From positions 1 through 30,691 of the IMG/VR virus record IMGVR_UViG_3300028293_000020: a stretch of DNA of 30,691 nucleotides; one strand, 5' to 3'. A model generated the notes under the pieces. That model saw only the letters and a list, made by a program, of their open reading frames with translations. It was not told the DNA's origin and ran no database searches. This stretch comes from a virus. Its lineage: Duplodnaviria > Caudoviricetes. This document shows positions 1 to 7,513 of the stretch, one piece after another (positions within the stretch are counted from its first letter, which is position 1; the number at the start of each line of letters is the position of its first letter). A program made the position numbers and the translations under genes.

Positions 1-31
1 CCAAGCGTAGTGCTTGGCCCCGACCTACCCC

Positions 32-107
32 CGGCAAATCCCCTAATCAGCACAACGATGGCCCCATGCACCCGCCGCAGGGGCCCCATCGTTGTCGGGA
101 TTTGCCG
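32..107. repeat. Long imperfect inverted repeat / stem-loop
   Basis: CGGCAAATCCC (32-42) pairs with GGGATTTGCCG (97-107); ACAACGATGG (52-61) with CCATCGTTGT (86-95); CCCC (62-65) with GGGG (80-83). Confidence 0.8.
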
Positions 108-154
108 TATCGAACTTCCCCGCGGATGGCTAAATATTTGGGTCCCATACTATG

Positions 155-415
155 CTAGGGCCAGTCAGGGTAAATTAGAATACCTTCTCGACTTCTTTGG
201 TCAATTACCTCTACAGCGTTGACGAAATCTAACTTAGAAAATGCCTCAGCTATCTGGGAATCGCCTGCATTGTTCTGCATCGCATCACCCATTTTCCTTA
301 GCTGGGCGATTCGCTTCTGAGCCACTTCCCCATATGTCAGATCCGGGACCGCGCACCAGATCCGAATGTAGAAATGGTTGTTCATTATGATGATCAATCG
401 TTCGTTGACCCTCAT
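155..415 (-). CDS. Hypothetical protein (86 aa)
   Basis: ORF follows 4 nt after the upstream minus-strand gene, consistent with an operon; no recognisable motif. Confidence 0.65.
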   Translation of the reverse strand: MRVNERLIIIMNNHFYIRIWCAVPDLTYGEVAQKRIAQLRKMGDAMQNNAGDSQIAEAFSKLDFVNAVEVIDQRSREGILIYPDWP

Positions 416-419
416 TTAT

Positions 420-968
420 TTACCTGGCAGGCTGGCGAGTCGCGCCATTTCTGGAGGCTAGCTTCCCGTTAATCTCCACCAACAGTTTATGATTCTCGAC
501 GGTCTGTTGGTAGGTAATGGAACATAGCCAGATAATTTGATCTAGCTTATCGGCTGGAGGGACAGGATTGGGGACTGGCGGTTTACTTCCACTCGGTAGA
601 ACCCAGGTACCATTGGAGATTCCCTGAATCTGCCAAGCGGGGACTGCATTGGGACTCATGCCACTAACGATAGCATCCACGGTAACGAATTGAGTTGAAG
701 CTATGTTACCTAATGCATCGGTATCCTTGATCGCAAAGATATCACAGGCAATTAGAGTCCCATTCATGTCATAGTTATTCCCGGAATTCTTCAGGAATAG
801 TCCTACATCATGATGTCCGGAGTTCTGTAGTTCGGTAGCTACCTGAATCAAGGCACCCACCTGGACATCCTTGATAGCCTGACTATCCATTGCAAGTCCC
901 TGACTCCGCGCCTTCACATCGAGTTCCTGCCATCGAGTATTCCAGTAGTCTAGATAGTTGGCAAACAT
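420..968 (-). CDS. Hypothetical protein (182 aa) with Pro-rich linker and C-terminal helix
   Basis: AGGAG SD upstream on the minus strand; globular N-terminal part (GLFLKNSGNN...IACDIF...VDAI...PAW), then PPVPNPVPP linker and a helical tail. Confidence 0.8.
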   Translation of the reverse strand: MFANYLDYWNTRWQELDVKARSQGLAMDSQAIKDVQVGALIQVATELQNSGHHDVGLFLKNSGNNYDMNGTLIACDIFAIKDTDALGNIASTQFVTVDAIVSGMSPNAVPAWQIQGISNGTWVLPSGSKPPVPNPVPPADKLDQIIWLCSITYQQTVENHKLLVEINGKLASRNGATRQPAR

Positions 969-999
969 TATTTTTTTCTCCTGTCAGTAGCAGGCAAGG

Positions 1000-1218
1000 T
1001 TATTGATTCTCGATAAGCAGTGCGGCCCGCGACCAAAATACTACTTCTTCCAGTTTAGTCAGGGCTAATGCCTGCTCTCGACTGTTCTTCGTATTGTTGA
1101 AAATGCCCAGAGCCAACTCCGCGGCGGATGCCTTCAGTTGTTCGAGTCTAGCGTTTTGCTCGCTAGTTAGGGAAATGGGAGCGAATCTACGGAGAACTTC
1201 TTCTTCACTGAGCATCAT
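1000..1218 (-). CDS. Acb2/Tad1-like helical-hairpin protein (putative nucleotide-signal sponge)
   Basis: 72 aa, AGGAG SD; C-terminal SREQALALTKLEEVVFWSRAAL matches the SRExSLAxTKLEEAxMWAxAAI pattern of this family as I recall it. Confidence 0.7.
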   Translation of the reverse strand: MMLSEEEVLRRFAPISLTSEQNARLEQLKASAAELALGIFNNTKNSREQALALTKLEEVVFWSRAALLIENQ

Positions 1219-1432
1219 TGATCTCCTGTCTGATCTTTCTGAGGTAGAGAATATGTAGCATATGCTCTACCAGTTTATATTCATCTTCGCAGTTCTTGCA
1301 CTGCAATAGACTAGTCCGGGTATTCTGGGTATTCTGCCAAACCCGCGCGGCGATGAATACCGAATGACCGCAATACCCGGTAATCTCGTACGCATTGAGG
1401 GACTCGTAGAAATTTATGGATTTGACTAACAT
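1205..1432 (-). CDS. Hypothetical protein with possible Zn site (CGH...CKNC)
   Basis: Track ORF is 1205-1510. I prefer the ATG at 1432 (AGGA SD just upstream) because the ATG at 1510 lies inside the predicted leftward -10 box. Confidence 0.55.
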   Translation of the reverse strand: MLVKSINFYESLNAYEITGYCGHSVFIAARVWQNTQNTRTSLLQCKNCEDEYKLVEHMLHILYLRKIRQEINDAQ

Positions 1433-1467
1433 AGTTTGTCCTGAGATAGTTGGTAGTTCAACGGGAG

Positions 1468-1496
1468 TTGACTGGACTATCGATTCGTGATAGACT
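1468..1496 (+). promoter_or_regulatory. Predicted sigma70-type promoter, rightward (virion module)
   Basis: TTGACT (1468-1473), 17-nt spacer, TAGACT (1491-1496), with TG at 1488-1489 (extended -10). Confidence 0.65.
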
Positions 1497-1508
1497 GTCT
1501 GCGGAGTC

Positions 1509-1538
1509 ATTGTACCTCACAACCGGCTCGACTGTCAA
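1509..1538 (-). promoter_or_regulatory. Predicted sigma70-type promoter, leftward
   Basis: Minus strand reads TTGACA (1538-1533), 18-nt spacer, TACAAT (1514-1509). Confidence 0.65.
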
Positions 1539-1551
1539 GGCAGTTGAACAT

Positions 1552-2124
1552 ATGCTAATCCAAAATGATTTAGCCAATGCCGAGAACTGCGTAGTAGTTC
1601 TGAGGGATGAGAGAAAAGATTTCGGTAGAACTCAAGGAGCTACCGAAGTTCCTCAATTCCTCAAGAATACTATCGCAGTACTACAAAATAATCCAGAAAC
1701 GCAAGGGACTAACTCGAGCGTAGCGAGAGCCTTCGGAATATCGAGTCAGGAAGTTAGTCTAATCAAACGAGCTAGATTACCAGACAGTAAGGATGAATTC
1801 GGTAGAGATGTCCAGAACCCAGATAGCCAGACCAATCGAGAAATCAAATCAGCAGTTGCAACAAATCTAGAGTCTGCGCGGGAAACCGCGGCCGCAAGAT
1901 TACTGGATTGCCTAAAATCAGTCACCCCCGAGCGAATCAGTTTACTCCCCAAACTAACAGATACTATGATGGTAGCCAATGGACTGGCTAAAATCATAGA
2001 AAGCACCAGCCCCAAAACAGATCTCGGTAGAGATGCCGATGCCAGGTTCGTCTTCATCGTTCCAGAAAACAGAAAAGTAGTTCGAGACTATGAGGTAGTT
2101 GAGGTTGAGCAAACGCTTGACTAA
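1552..2124 (+). CDS. HTH protein, probable terminase small subunit
   Basis: HTH-like TNSSVARAFGISSQEVSLIKR, helical middle, C-terminal beta strand RFVFIVPE; first gene of the rightward module. ATG 1552 preferred over the track's 1450 start. Confidence 0.55.
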   Translation: MLIQNDLANAENCVVVLRDERKDFGRTQGATEVPQFLKNTIAVLQNNPETQGTNSSVARAFGISSQEVSLIKRARLPDSKDEFGRDVQNPDSQTNREIKSAVATNLESARETAAARLLDCLKSVTPERISLLPKLTDTMMVANGLAKIIESTSPKTDLGRDADARFVFIVPENRKVVRDYEVVEVEQTLD

Positions 2125-2160
2125 ATATCCTGTGTCTGGTGGCGGGGATTCATCTGGAGA

Positions 2161-2301
2161 ATGAAAATGATTACAGTAACTATAATCTTTCTTCTCGCGG
2201 CGATCATCTCCCTCATCGCATCCGCAATGGGTAAATGCCCAATGTGGATTCCTCTCATGCTACTCACTGTCGTTGTCGCTTTAATTATCCTGCCCAAATA
2301 A
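2161..2301 (+). CDS. Small two-TM membrane protein (not in ORF track)
   Basis: MKMITVTIIFLLAAIISLIASAMGKCPMWIPLMLLTVVVALIILPK; GGAGA SD at 2156-2160 (start may be 2167); two hydrophobic stretches. Confidence 0.75.
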   Translation: MKMITVTIIFLLAAIISLIASAMGKCPMWIPLMLLTVVVALIILPK

Positions 2302-2307
2302 ATCTAG

Positions 2308-3198
2308 ATGCCTACATTATCCTGGACCGGACCCACAGTCGGCGCGGCGCTCTGGCCCGCGACCGTACTATTTGACGGGACTGGTCAGAACGATGTCGAG
2401 TGGTTTCTATCAGTAGATGCCACAATCATAGTCCTAGTCTCAGGAGTTGGGGCTGGTGGACATGGTGGGCGGAATACCACAGGTGCCTCGCCTAATGGAT
2501 TTGGTGGCGGTGGCGGTGGTGGAGTAGTTCGAGGGAACCAGTTAACTCTATCACCGGGAACTAGTTATGGATTAAAAGTCGGGGATGCCCACGCGAATGC
2601 AGCGGGCGGCCCGACTATATTCCGTAATGTCACGACCGCCACTATATTAATTAGTGTCGGTGGTGGTCAACCCGGCGCACTGGGTAATGACTTGAACACT
2701 GGCGGTGGAGCTGGTGGAGCAGTAACGACTGGAGCTAATGGCGTAGTCGGTGGGGCAGGTGGAGGAAACCTCACATATCTACAGGCTGGCGCGGCGTTCC
2801 AGAACGGAACTGGTGGTGGAGGACAAGGATCTACCTATAATGCTGGTAGTCCCGGCTATGCTGGTGGTGGATATGCTGGAAACTACGGTGGATTAGGTGG
2901 AGTATTTGGAAATCCCGGAGCTAGCGGGGAAACTCCATTAGGTGGTGGGCAGGGAGGATTTGCTGGACCGGCTGGTGGAATCCTTGCGAATAGGTCTGGT
3001 GGAGGTGGTGGTGGCGGGGCAAGTATTAGTTTAGGTGGAAGCTACGGCGGTGGTGGAGGCGGTGGATGTGGTGGATATAATCCTGCGGCTTTCACTATCC
3101 CAGTAGAGGGTGGGGCAGGGAAACCTGGACTGTTTCTATTCGTCGCCGCGCCACAGGGCAGGATTTTCCGATTCACTCTAGCGCAACCACCTCTGTAG
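2308..3198 (+). CDS. Glycine-rich protein of tail fibre/spike type
   Basis: GAGGHGG...GGGGGGG...VGGGQPG...GGGGGGGCGG...GGAGKPGLFLF, the usual layout of phage glycine-rich receptor-binding domains. Confidence 0.65.
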   Translation: MPTLSWTGPTVGAALWPATVLFDGTGQNDVEWFLSVDATIIVLVSGVGAGGHGGRNTTGASPNGFGGGGGGGVVRGNQLTLSPGTSYGLKVGDAHANAAGGPTIFRNVTTATILISVGGGQPGALGNDLNTGGGAGGAVTTGANGVVGGAGGGNLTYLQAGAAFQNGTGGGGQGSTYNAGSPGYAGGGYAGNYGGLGGVFGNPGASGETPLGGGQGGFAGPAGGILANRSGGGGGGGASISLGGSYGGGGGGGCGGYNPAAFTIPVEGGAGKPGLFLFVAAPQGRIFRFTLAQPPL

Positions 3199-3213
3199 TT
3201 TAAGAAATCAGAG

Positions 3214-3531
3214 ATGCCTGACCCAACAGTTAATAATTTAAGAATTCAGAAAGGTGAATCGATCTCAATGATCTTCACCTTTAAACCACCATTCGATATT
3301 TCCGGCTGGACGCTTGAATTCAATATGGCACCTAGTGGGGGTGCGATAATCATTACCAAGGCGGCAGTTCCAATAAACATGGTCATTGGGCAGTTTAGTT
3401 TTGGCTTAACTCACGCGGACACTACCCAGCTACCTAATGCGTATGTCTATGAAGTCTGGCGTACTGATACAGGTAATGAGGTAATGCTAGCTACTGGCGA
3501 TCTCGTAATCGTAGAAGACGCTAAGTACTAG
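3214..3531 (+). CDS. BppU-N-like beta-sandwich virion protein
   Basis: IQKGES...DISGWT...GQFSFGLTHADT...YVYEV...LATGDLVI pattern common in phage baseplate/fibre-associated beta-sandwich domains. Confidence 0.6.
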   Translation: MPDPTVNNLRIQKGESISMIFTFKPPFDISGWTLEFNMAPSGGAIIITKAAVPINMVIGQFSFGLTHADTTQLPNAYVYEVWRTDTGNEVMLATGDLVIVEDAKY

Positions 3532-3539
3532 ATAGAATA

Positions 3540-5180
3540 ATGGCTAAAGTCTGGGAACCCTTCGAGAAGCAAGTAGAATTTCTTCAGGTTCCCTTCGATG
3601 TATTCGAGGCTTGCTACGGAGGCGCGGTTGGCGGTGGAAAGACGGAGCTACTTATTATGGCTCCTATCGTTTACGGCTTTCATCGGAATCCTAAATTTAA
3701 AGGGGTGCTTTTCCGAAAAACCTTTAAGCAGCTTAATGAAACCCTGATTCCCCGTGCGATGGAATTTTACGCTGCACTGGGAGCTAAGTACAACGAGACA
3801 AAGCACCAATGGAAATTCCCGAGTGGGGCAGTAATCTGGGCTAGTTATTTGGAGTCGATGAAAGATGCGCGCGACCATGACACGGCGGAGTACAACTACG
3901 CGGCCTTCGAGGAACTCACGCATTTCGAGAGAGACATATACCTTTACATCACTTCTCGCGTACGAACTAGCACAAGTGATTTACCGGCTATCGTTAGGAA
4001 CGCAGCAACACCGGGCAATATTGGACATGCTTGGGTGCGGAAACGGTTTGTCGAACCGGAACCGGAAGGTGGGAAGATCATCTTTGATAAATTTTCCGAC
4101 ACCAGAAGATTATTTATCCGCGCCCGTGGTACAGACAACCCTCATCTCGTAAAAAATGATCCAGGCTATTTTAACCGTCTTAGAGTTCTTCCTCCGGCCG
4201 AACAAAAGGCCAGGATTGATGGTGACTGGTGGGTCTTCTCTGGGCAGGTGTTCTCTGAATTCCGAGAGAAGAAATTCATTACTGAACCCACCAATGCAAT
4301 CCATGTTATTCGTCCGTTTGACATCCCAGAATGGTATCCTCGAATCATATCTATTGACTGGGGATACACTGCACATACTTGGGCCGGATGGTTCGCCGTT
4401 GGACCTAGAGGTAGAAGTTATCTCTATAGAGAGTACTTTGTTAACAAGACAAAGATTTCTGACTGGGGTGCAGAAATTGCACGAAGATCCCAGTATGAAC
4501 TAGGAAGTATCAAGGCAGTAACTCTAGATCCCAGCGCGTGGCAGAAGCGCGGCGATGAGAAGCAAATCTGGGAGCAGTTCCACGATGCATCGGGTAAAGT
4601 TTTTAGATTAGATCAGGCAGATAATGATCGAGTGTCAGGCAAGTTACTCATTCATGAAATGCTATCCTGGGAAGCCAGGAAAAGAATATCAGATCCCCGC
4701 GACATCGATGAATTGGATATGGAATACGCAGACATGCTCCTGCGTAGTAATGGACTGGAAGCCTATCAAAGTTACCTAGGTGAGTTTCAGGAACAAAAGG
4801 AAGAATTCGACAGGCCGCGCATTCAGATTTTTGATACCTGTCCTGAAGTAATCAAAGCACTTCAACTTTGTGTCTATAACGAAGAAGGTCATGGAAACGT
4901 CGAAGATGTCGCCGAGTTCCCCGGAGATGACCCATATGATGGATTCCGATATGGAGTCAAACGACTCGACAGATATCTTCGAGAAGCCAAAAGTGAATCC
5001 GATAAAGTCGAGCAGCTTTCTAAAATACTCGCTGCGCGGAATTCGGGTTTGGATGAGGGCCGCGCTTCGGAAGCTCAGACTAATTTTTACCGAACTATGG
5101 AGAAGCACGAAAAGAAATCTTTCTCAGTCGCATACCCGGTCAGGAGAAACCGTAACATCTTCAGACGGCGGATACACTAG
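3540..5180 (+). CDS. terL: Terminase large subunit
   Basis: Walker A YGGAVGGGKT, Walker B AAFEELTHF, coupling region NAATPG, RNase H-like SIDWG, C-terminal DDPYDGFRY. Confidence 0.95.
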   Translation: MAKVWEPFEKQVEFLQVPFDVFEACYGGAVGGGKTELLIMAPIVYGFHRNPKFKGVLFRKTFKQLNETLIPRAMEFYAALGAKYNETKHQWKFPSGAVIWASYLESMKDARDHDTAEYNYAAFEELTHFERDIYLYITSRVRTSTSDLPAIVRNAATPGNIGHAWVRKRFVEPEPEGGKIIFDKFSDTRRLFIRARGTDNPHLVKNDPGYFNRLRVLPPAEQKARIDGDWWVFSGQVFSEFREKKFITEPTNAIHVIRPFDIPEWYPRIISIDWGYTAHTWAGWFAVGPRGRSYLYREYFVNKTKISDWGAEIARRSQYELGSIKAVTLDPSAWQKRGDEKQIWEQFHDASGKVFRLDQADNDRVSGKLLIHEMLSWEARKRISDPRDIDELDMEYADMLLRSNGLEAYQSYLGEFQEQKEEFDRPRIQIFDTCPEVIKALQLCVYNEEGHGNVEDVAEFPGDDPYDGFRYGVKRLDRYLREAKSESDKVEQLSKILAARNSGLDEGRASEAQTNFYRTMEKHEKKSFSVAYPVRRNRNIFRRRIH

Positions 5181-5493
5181 GCTGCCAATTCCGAATAAGA
5201 TAGATATCTGGTCGGCTAGTGAACTACAGAAAAGCTACGAAGGCCGGATTAACGATTTGAAAAGTCAGCTGGAAAGTGTTGAAGCCGAGCGGGATGAATT
5301 CAAAAAATTACTATTGACCCAGCTAGGATTGATAAGTAGGCAAGCTACGGAACAGGCTAATGGATTGAATCCAGTTAGGATGCGGGAAACTCCCGGCCAG
5401 ATCGCGGCCCGCATTGAAAATGAACGACGAAGGAAATACTGGGATATGAAACGACAAGAGGCAGAAGCTGAGGCAGCAAATGGATCCAAATAA
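5053..5493 (+). CDS. Coiled-coil hypothetical protein (start uncertain)
   Basis: Fills the gap 5180-5480 with YEGRINDLKSQLESVEAERDEFKKLLL; the nearest upstream in-frame ATG (5053) is inside terL. Confidence 0.55.
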   Translation: MRAALRKLRLIFTELWRSTKRNLSQSHTRSGETVTSSDGGYTRLPIPNKIDIWSASELQKSYEGRINDLKSQLESVEAERDEFKKLLLTQLGLISRQATEQANGLNPVRMRETPGQIAARIENERRRKYWDMKRQEAEAEAANGSK

Positions 5494-5914
5494 CTTTAGC
5501 GGTGGTTTCGGTGGAGGGAATATGACTGGCGGATTCCCACCGCCGCGCAGGAAAATGCTTGGTGGAATGCCCGGACCGGGAATGCAGGGACCGCCGCCTC
5601 AAATGGGTGCGGGGCCGGGAATGATGCAAATGCCGGGGCAGCAACCCGGTATGCCGTCACAAATGCTAGGCGGACTGCCCGGTGGGGGAAATATGAGTGG
5701 GCCGCCACCAAATATGATGGGACCAATGCCTGTTGGGCCAAGGATGATGGGTCCACCTAATGGTGCGGGCCAGCCAGGTGGCGGGCCAGGTATGGGTGGT
5801 GGAGGGCCAATGATGGGCGGGGGAATGCGTAGGCCCATGTTTGGTCAGGGAATGCGAAGGCCGCAACAGTTACAGCCACCAATGGTAGGACCGATGCAAC
5901 GGTCTAGCTATTAG
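5480..5914 (+). CDS. Gly/Pro/Met/Gln-rich low-complexity protein
   Basis: 144 aa made almost entirely of G, P, M, Q, R; GAGG SD; overlaps the upstream stop; on the same strand as its neighbours. Confidence 0.75.
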   Translation: MDPNNFSGGFGGGNMTGGFPPPRRKMLGGMPGPGMQGPPPQMGAGPGMMQMPGQQPGMPSQMLGGLPGGGNMSGPPPNMMGPMPVGPRMMGPPNGAGQPGGGPGMGGGGPMMGGGMRRPMFGQGMRRPQQLQPPMVGPMQRSSY

Positions 5915-5938
5915 TTTAGAAAGATTAGGGGGAAACAA

Positions 5939-6070
5939 ATGGACAAGAGTAAAGTCGATTTCATGAAGAAAGTTAGAGGTTTAGTTCCTCCTTCCTTCAA
6001 GAAGAAAGACCCCGGAGACAAGAAAGTATTTGGTAAGAAGAATCTCGCGGCAGTGAAGGAAATGAAATGA
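5939..6070 (+). CDS. Small lysine-rich protein (43 aa, not in ORF track)
   Basis: MDKSKVDFMKKVRGLVPPSFKKKDPGDKKVFGKKNLAAVKEMK; AGGGGG SD; ATGA overlap with the next gene. Confidence 0.75.
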   Translation: MDKSKVDFMKKVRGLVPPSFKKKDPGDKKVFGKKNLAAVKEMK

Positions 6071-7020
6071 AATTTCTAAGAGCGTTAGCTTTCATTGCGT
6101 TGTTCGCAACTCCGGTTTATGGACAAACCAGCTTAAATATGGGTTTGCCGGAGTTTAGCTTAAATGCTAATGCCGCAGCTGCTCCAATCACCGGGACAGC
6201 ATACGCGATACCCAGTCAGGTAAATCTAATCACCTGGATTCTCACCTTTTCCGCACCACCGGCATCCCACACTACCAATCTAGAAACATCGAATGATAAC
6301 TCCGCTTGGGCAGTCGCGGATACATCTTCCAACGTAGCAGGTGAGGCAAGAACTGTCTTCACCGCCGCGCGCTTCGTTAGGATTGTCCAGACTGCTAGAT
6401 CTGGTGCGGTAAGTACTACCGTTACAATCATCGGAAAAGATTCATCCAATCCAGCAGGTAGTGGAATTTCTGGTACTGCTACATTCACCACTGGAAACTT
6501 CACTACATTAAATGTGAGTGGAACTTCTACTGTCAGTACTATTAACACTGGCGCGCTCGGCGCTACTACTGTAACTTCTTCAGGTCTTAATACTTCTACT
6601 GGTGGATACTCGGCGGGCGCCGCATCGTTTATCTCGATTGCTACCCGAGGATTCTGGCAGGCAACTGCCAACGCTAACTGGGAACTACTCAACGCAGCTG
6701 GAACTTTTGGTATCCACTATGAGTTTGCAGGAGTTCCTGTTATTGGTGCTTGTGGTACTAGCCCTAGCGTGTCTGCTGATTCTACTAATGTTTCAGGTAC
6801 CATCGTCGTGGGTTCAGCCAATCCAACTTCTTGCCTATTGACATTCAACGGTGCGGGCTGGAATAAAGCTCCTCGATGCGTAGTCAATACGATTACTACC
6901 ACGGCAGCGGATGTCCGCGCACTTGGAGTTTCTGCAACCACCACAGTATTAACTGTTACCCCGGCTAGTGCATTCGCCACAACTACCAGTTTGGCATATC
7001 ACTGTGAATCTAGTAAATAA
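6067..7020 (+). CDS. Beta-rich Thr/Ser/Ala/Gly protein with predicted Sec signal peptide
   Basis: MKFLRALAFIALFATPVYG|QT has a basic n-region, hydrophobic h-region and V-Y-G cleavage site; four Cys in the C-terminal domain. Confidence 0.75.
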   Translation: MKFLRALAFIALFATPVYGQTSLNMGLPEFSLNANAAAAPITGTAYAIPSQVNLITWILTFSAPPASHTTNLETSNDNSAWAVADTSSNVAGEARTVFTAARFVRIVQTARSGAVSTTVTIIGKDSSNPAGSGISGTATFTTGNFTTLNVSGTSTVSTINTGALGATTVTSSGLNTSTGGYSAGAASFISIATRGFWQATANANWELLNAAGTFGIHYEFAGVPVIGACGTSPSVSADSTNVSGTIVVGSANPTSCLLTFNGAGWNKAPRCVVNTITTTAADVRALGVSATTTVLTVTPASAFATTTSLAYHCESSK

Positions 7021-7021
7021 C

Positions 7022-7489
7022 ATGGCGACCGAACCAATTCCAATCATCAAAGCTCCTGTCACTGTAATTAGTGAAGATGATGATAATCTTGAACCTACAG
7101 TAAGTGCAGATATATCATTACCACCAACTACTACACTAGAGCAGGATAGGGAATCTCAAGGAAGGCGCGCGGCCGACAGACTACTAGCCGCGGTTCACCC
7201 ACCGAAGACCACGGCAGAGGAGGATAGAGTAACTGCCAGTCAACGGGTAGTTAATTTAATCTGGGAATCTACTCAGAAGCAAATTGCTCAGTGGGTTATT
7301 GGATGCGCCTTACTAGTTGCAGTGGCACTGGCAATATTCGGCCATGTACTTGGATCGAATGAAATCCAACTAGCTGCGGTAGTTTTTCTATTTGGTGTTG
7401 CGAATCTAGTTACTGGATTTTACTTCGGTAGAACTAATCATCAGAGAACTGGCGGGATTGGTGGCGGATCTGTCGATCAATCCCGGTAG
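7022..7489 (+). CDS. Membrane protein with two C-terminal TM helices, holin-like
   Basis: WVIGCALLVAVALAIFG and LAAVVFLFGVANLVTGFYFG followed by RTNHQR; ATG 1 nt after the previous stop. Confidence 0.6.
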   Translation: MATEPIPIIKAPVTVISEDDDNLEPTVSADISLPPTTTLEQDRESQGRRAADRLLAAVHPPKTTAEEDRVTASQRVVNLIWESTQKQIAQWVIGCALLVAVALAIFGHVLGSNEIQLAAVVFLFGVANLVTGFYFGRTNHQRTGGIGGGSVDQSR

Positions 7490-7513
7490 AGTAGATAGAG
7501 TAGAGTAGATAGG

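Noticed and set aside
95-154. tRNA, suggested by GTTCGA on the minus strand
   Set aside because: No T-stem, acceptor stem or anticodon arm can be built around it.
1433-1551. ORF-track starts at 1450 (+) and 1510 (-)
   Set aside because: They would overlap head-to-head and run through both predicted promoters; ATG 1552 and ATG 1432 fit better.
2450-3120. GGTGG-type DNA repeats as a CRISPR or tandem array
   Set aside because: Explained by glycine codons; no constant repeat with unique spacers anywhere in the window.
7486-7513. Short TAGAG/TAGA tandem repeat before the giant gene
   Set aside because: Under 30 nt and imperfect; too little to call a phase-variable tract or regulatory array.
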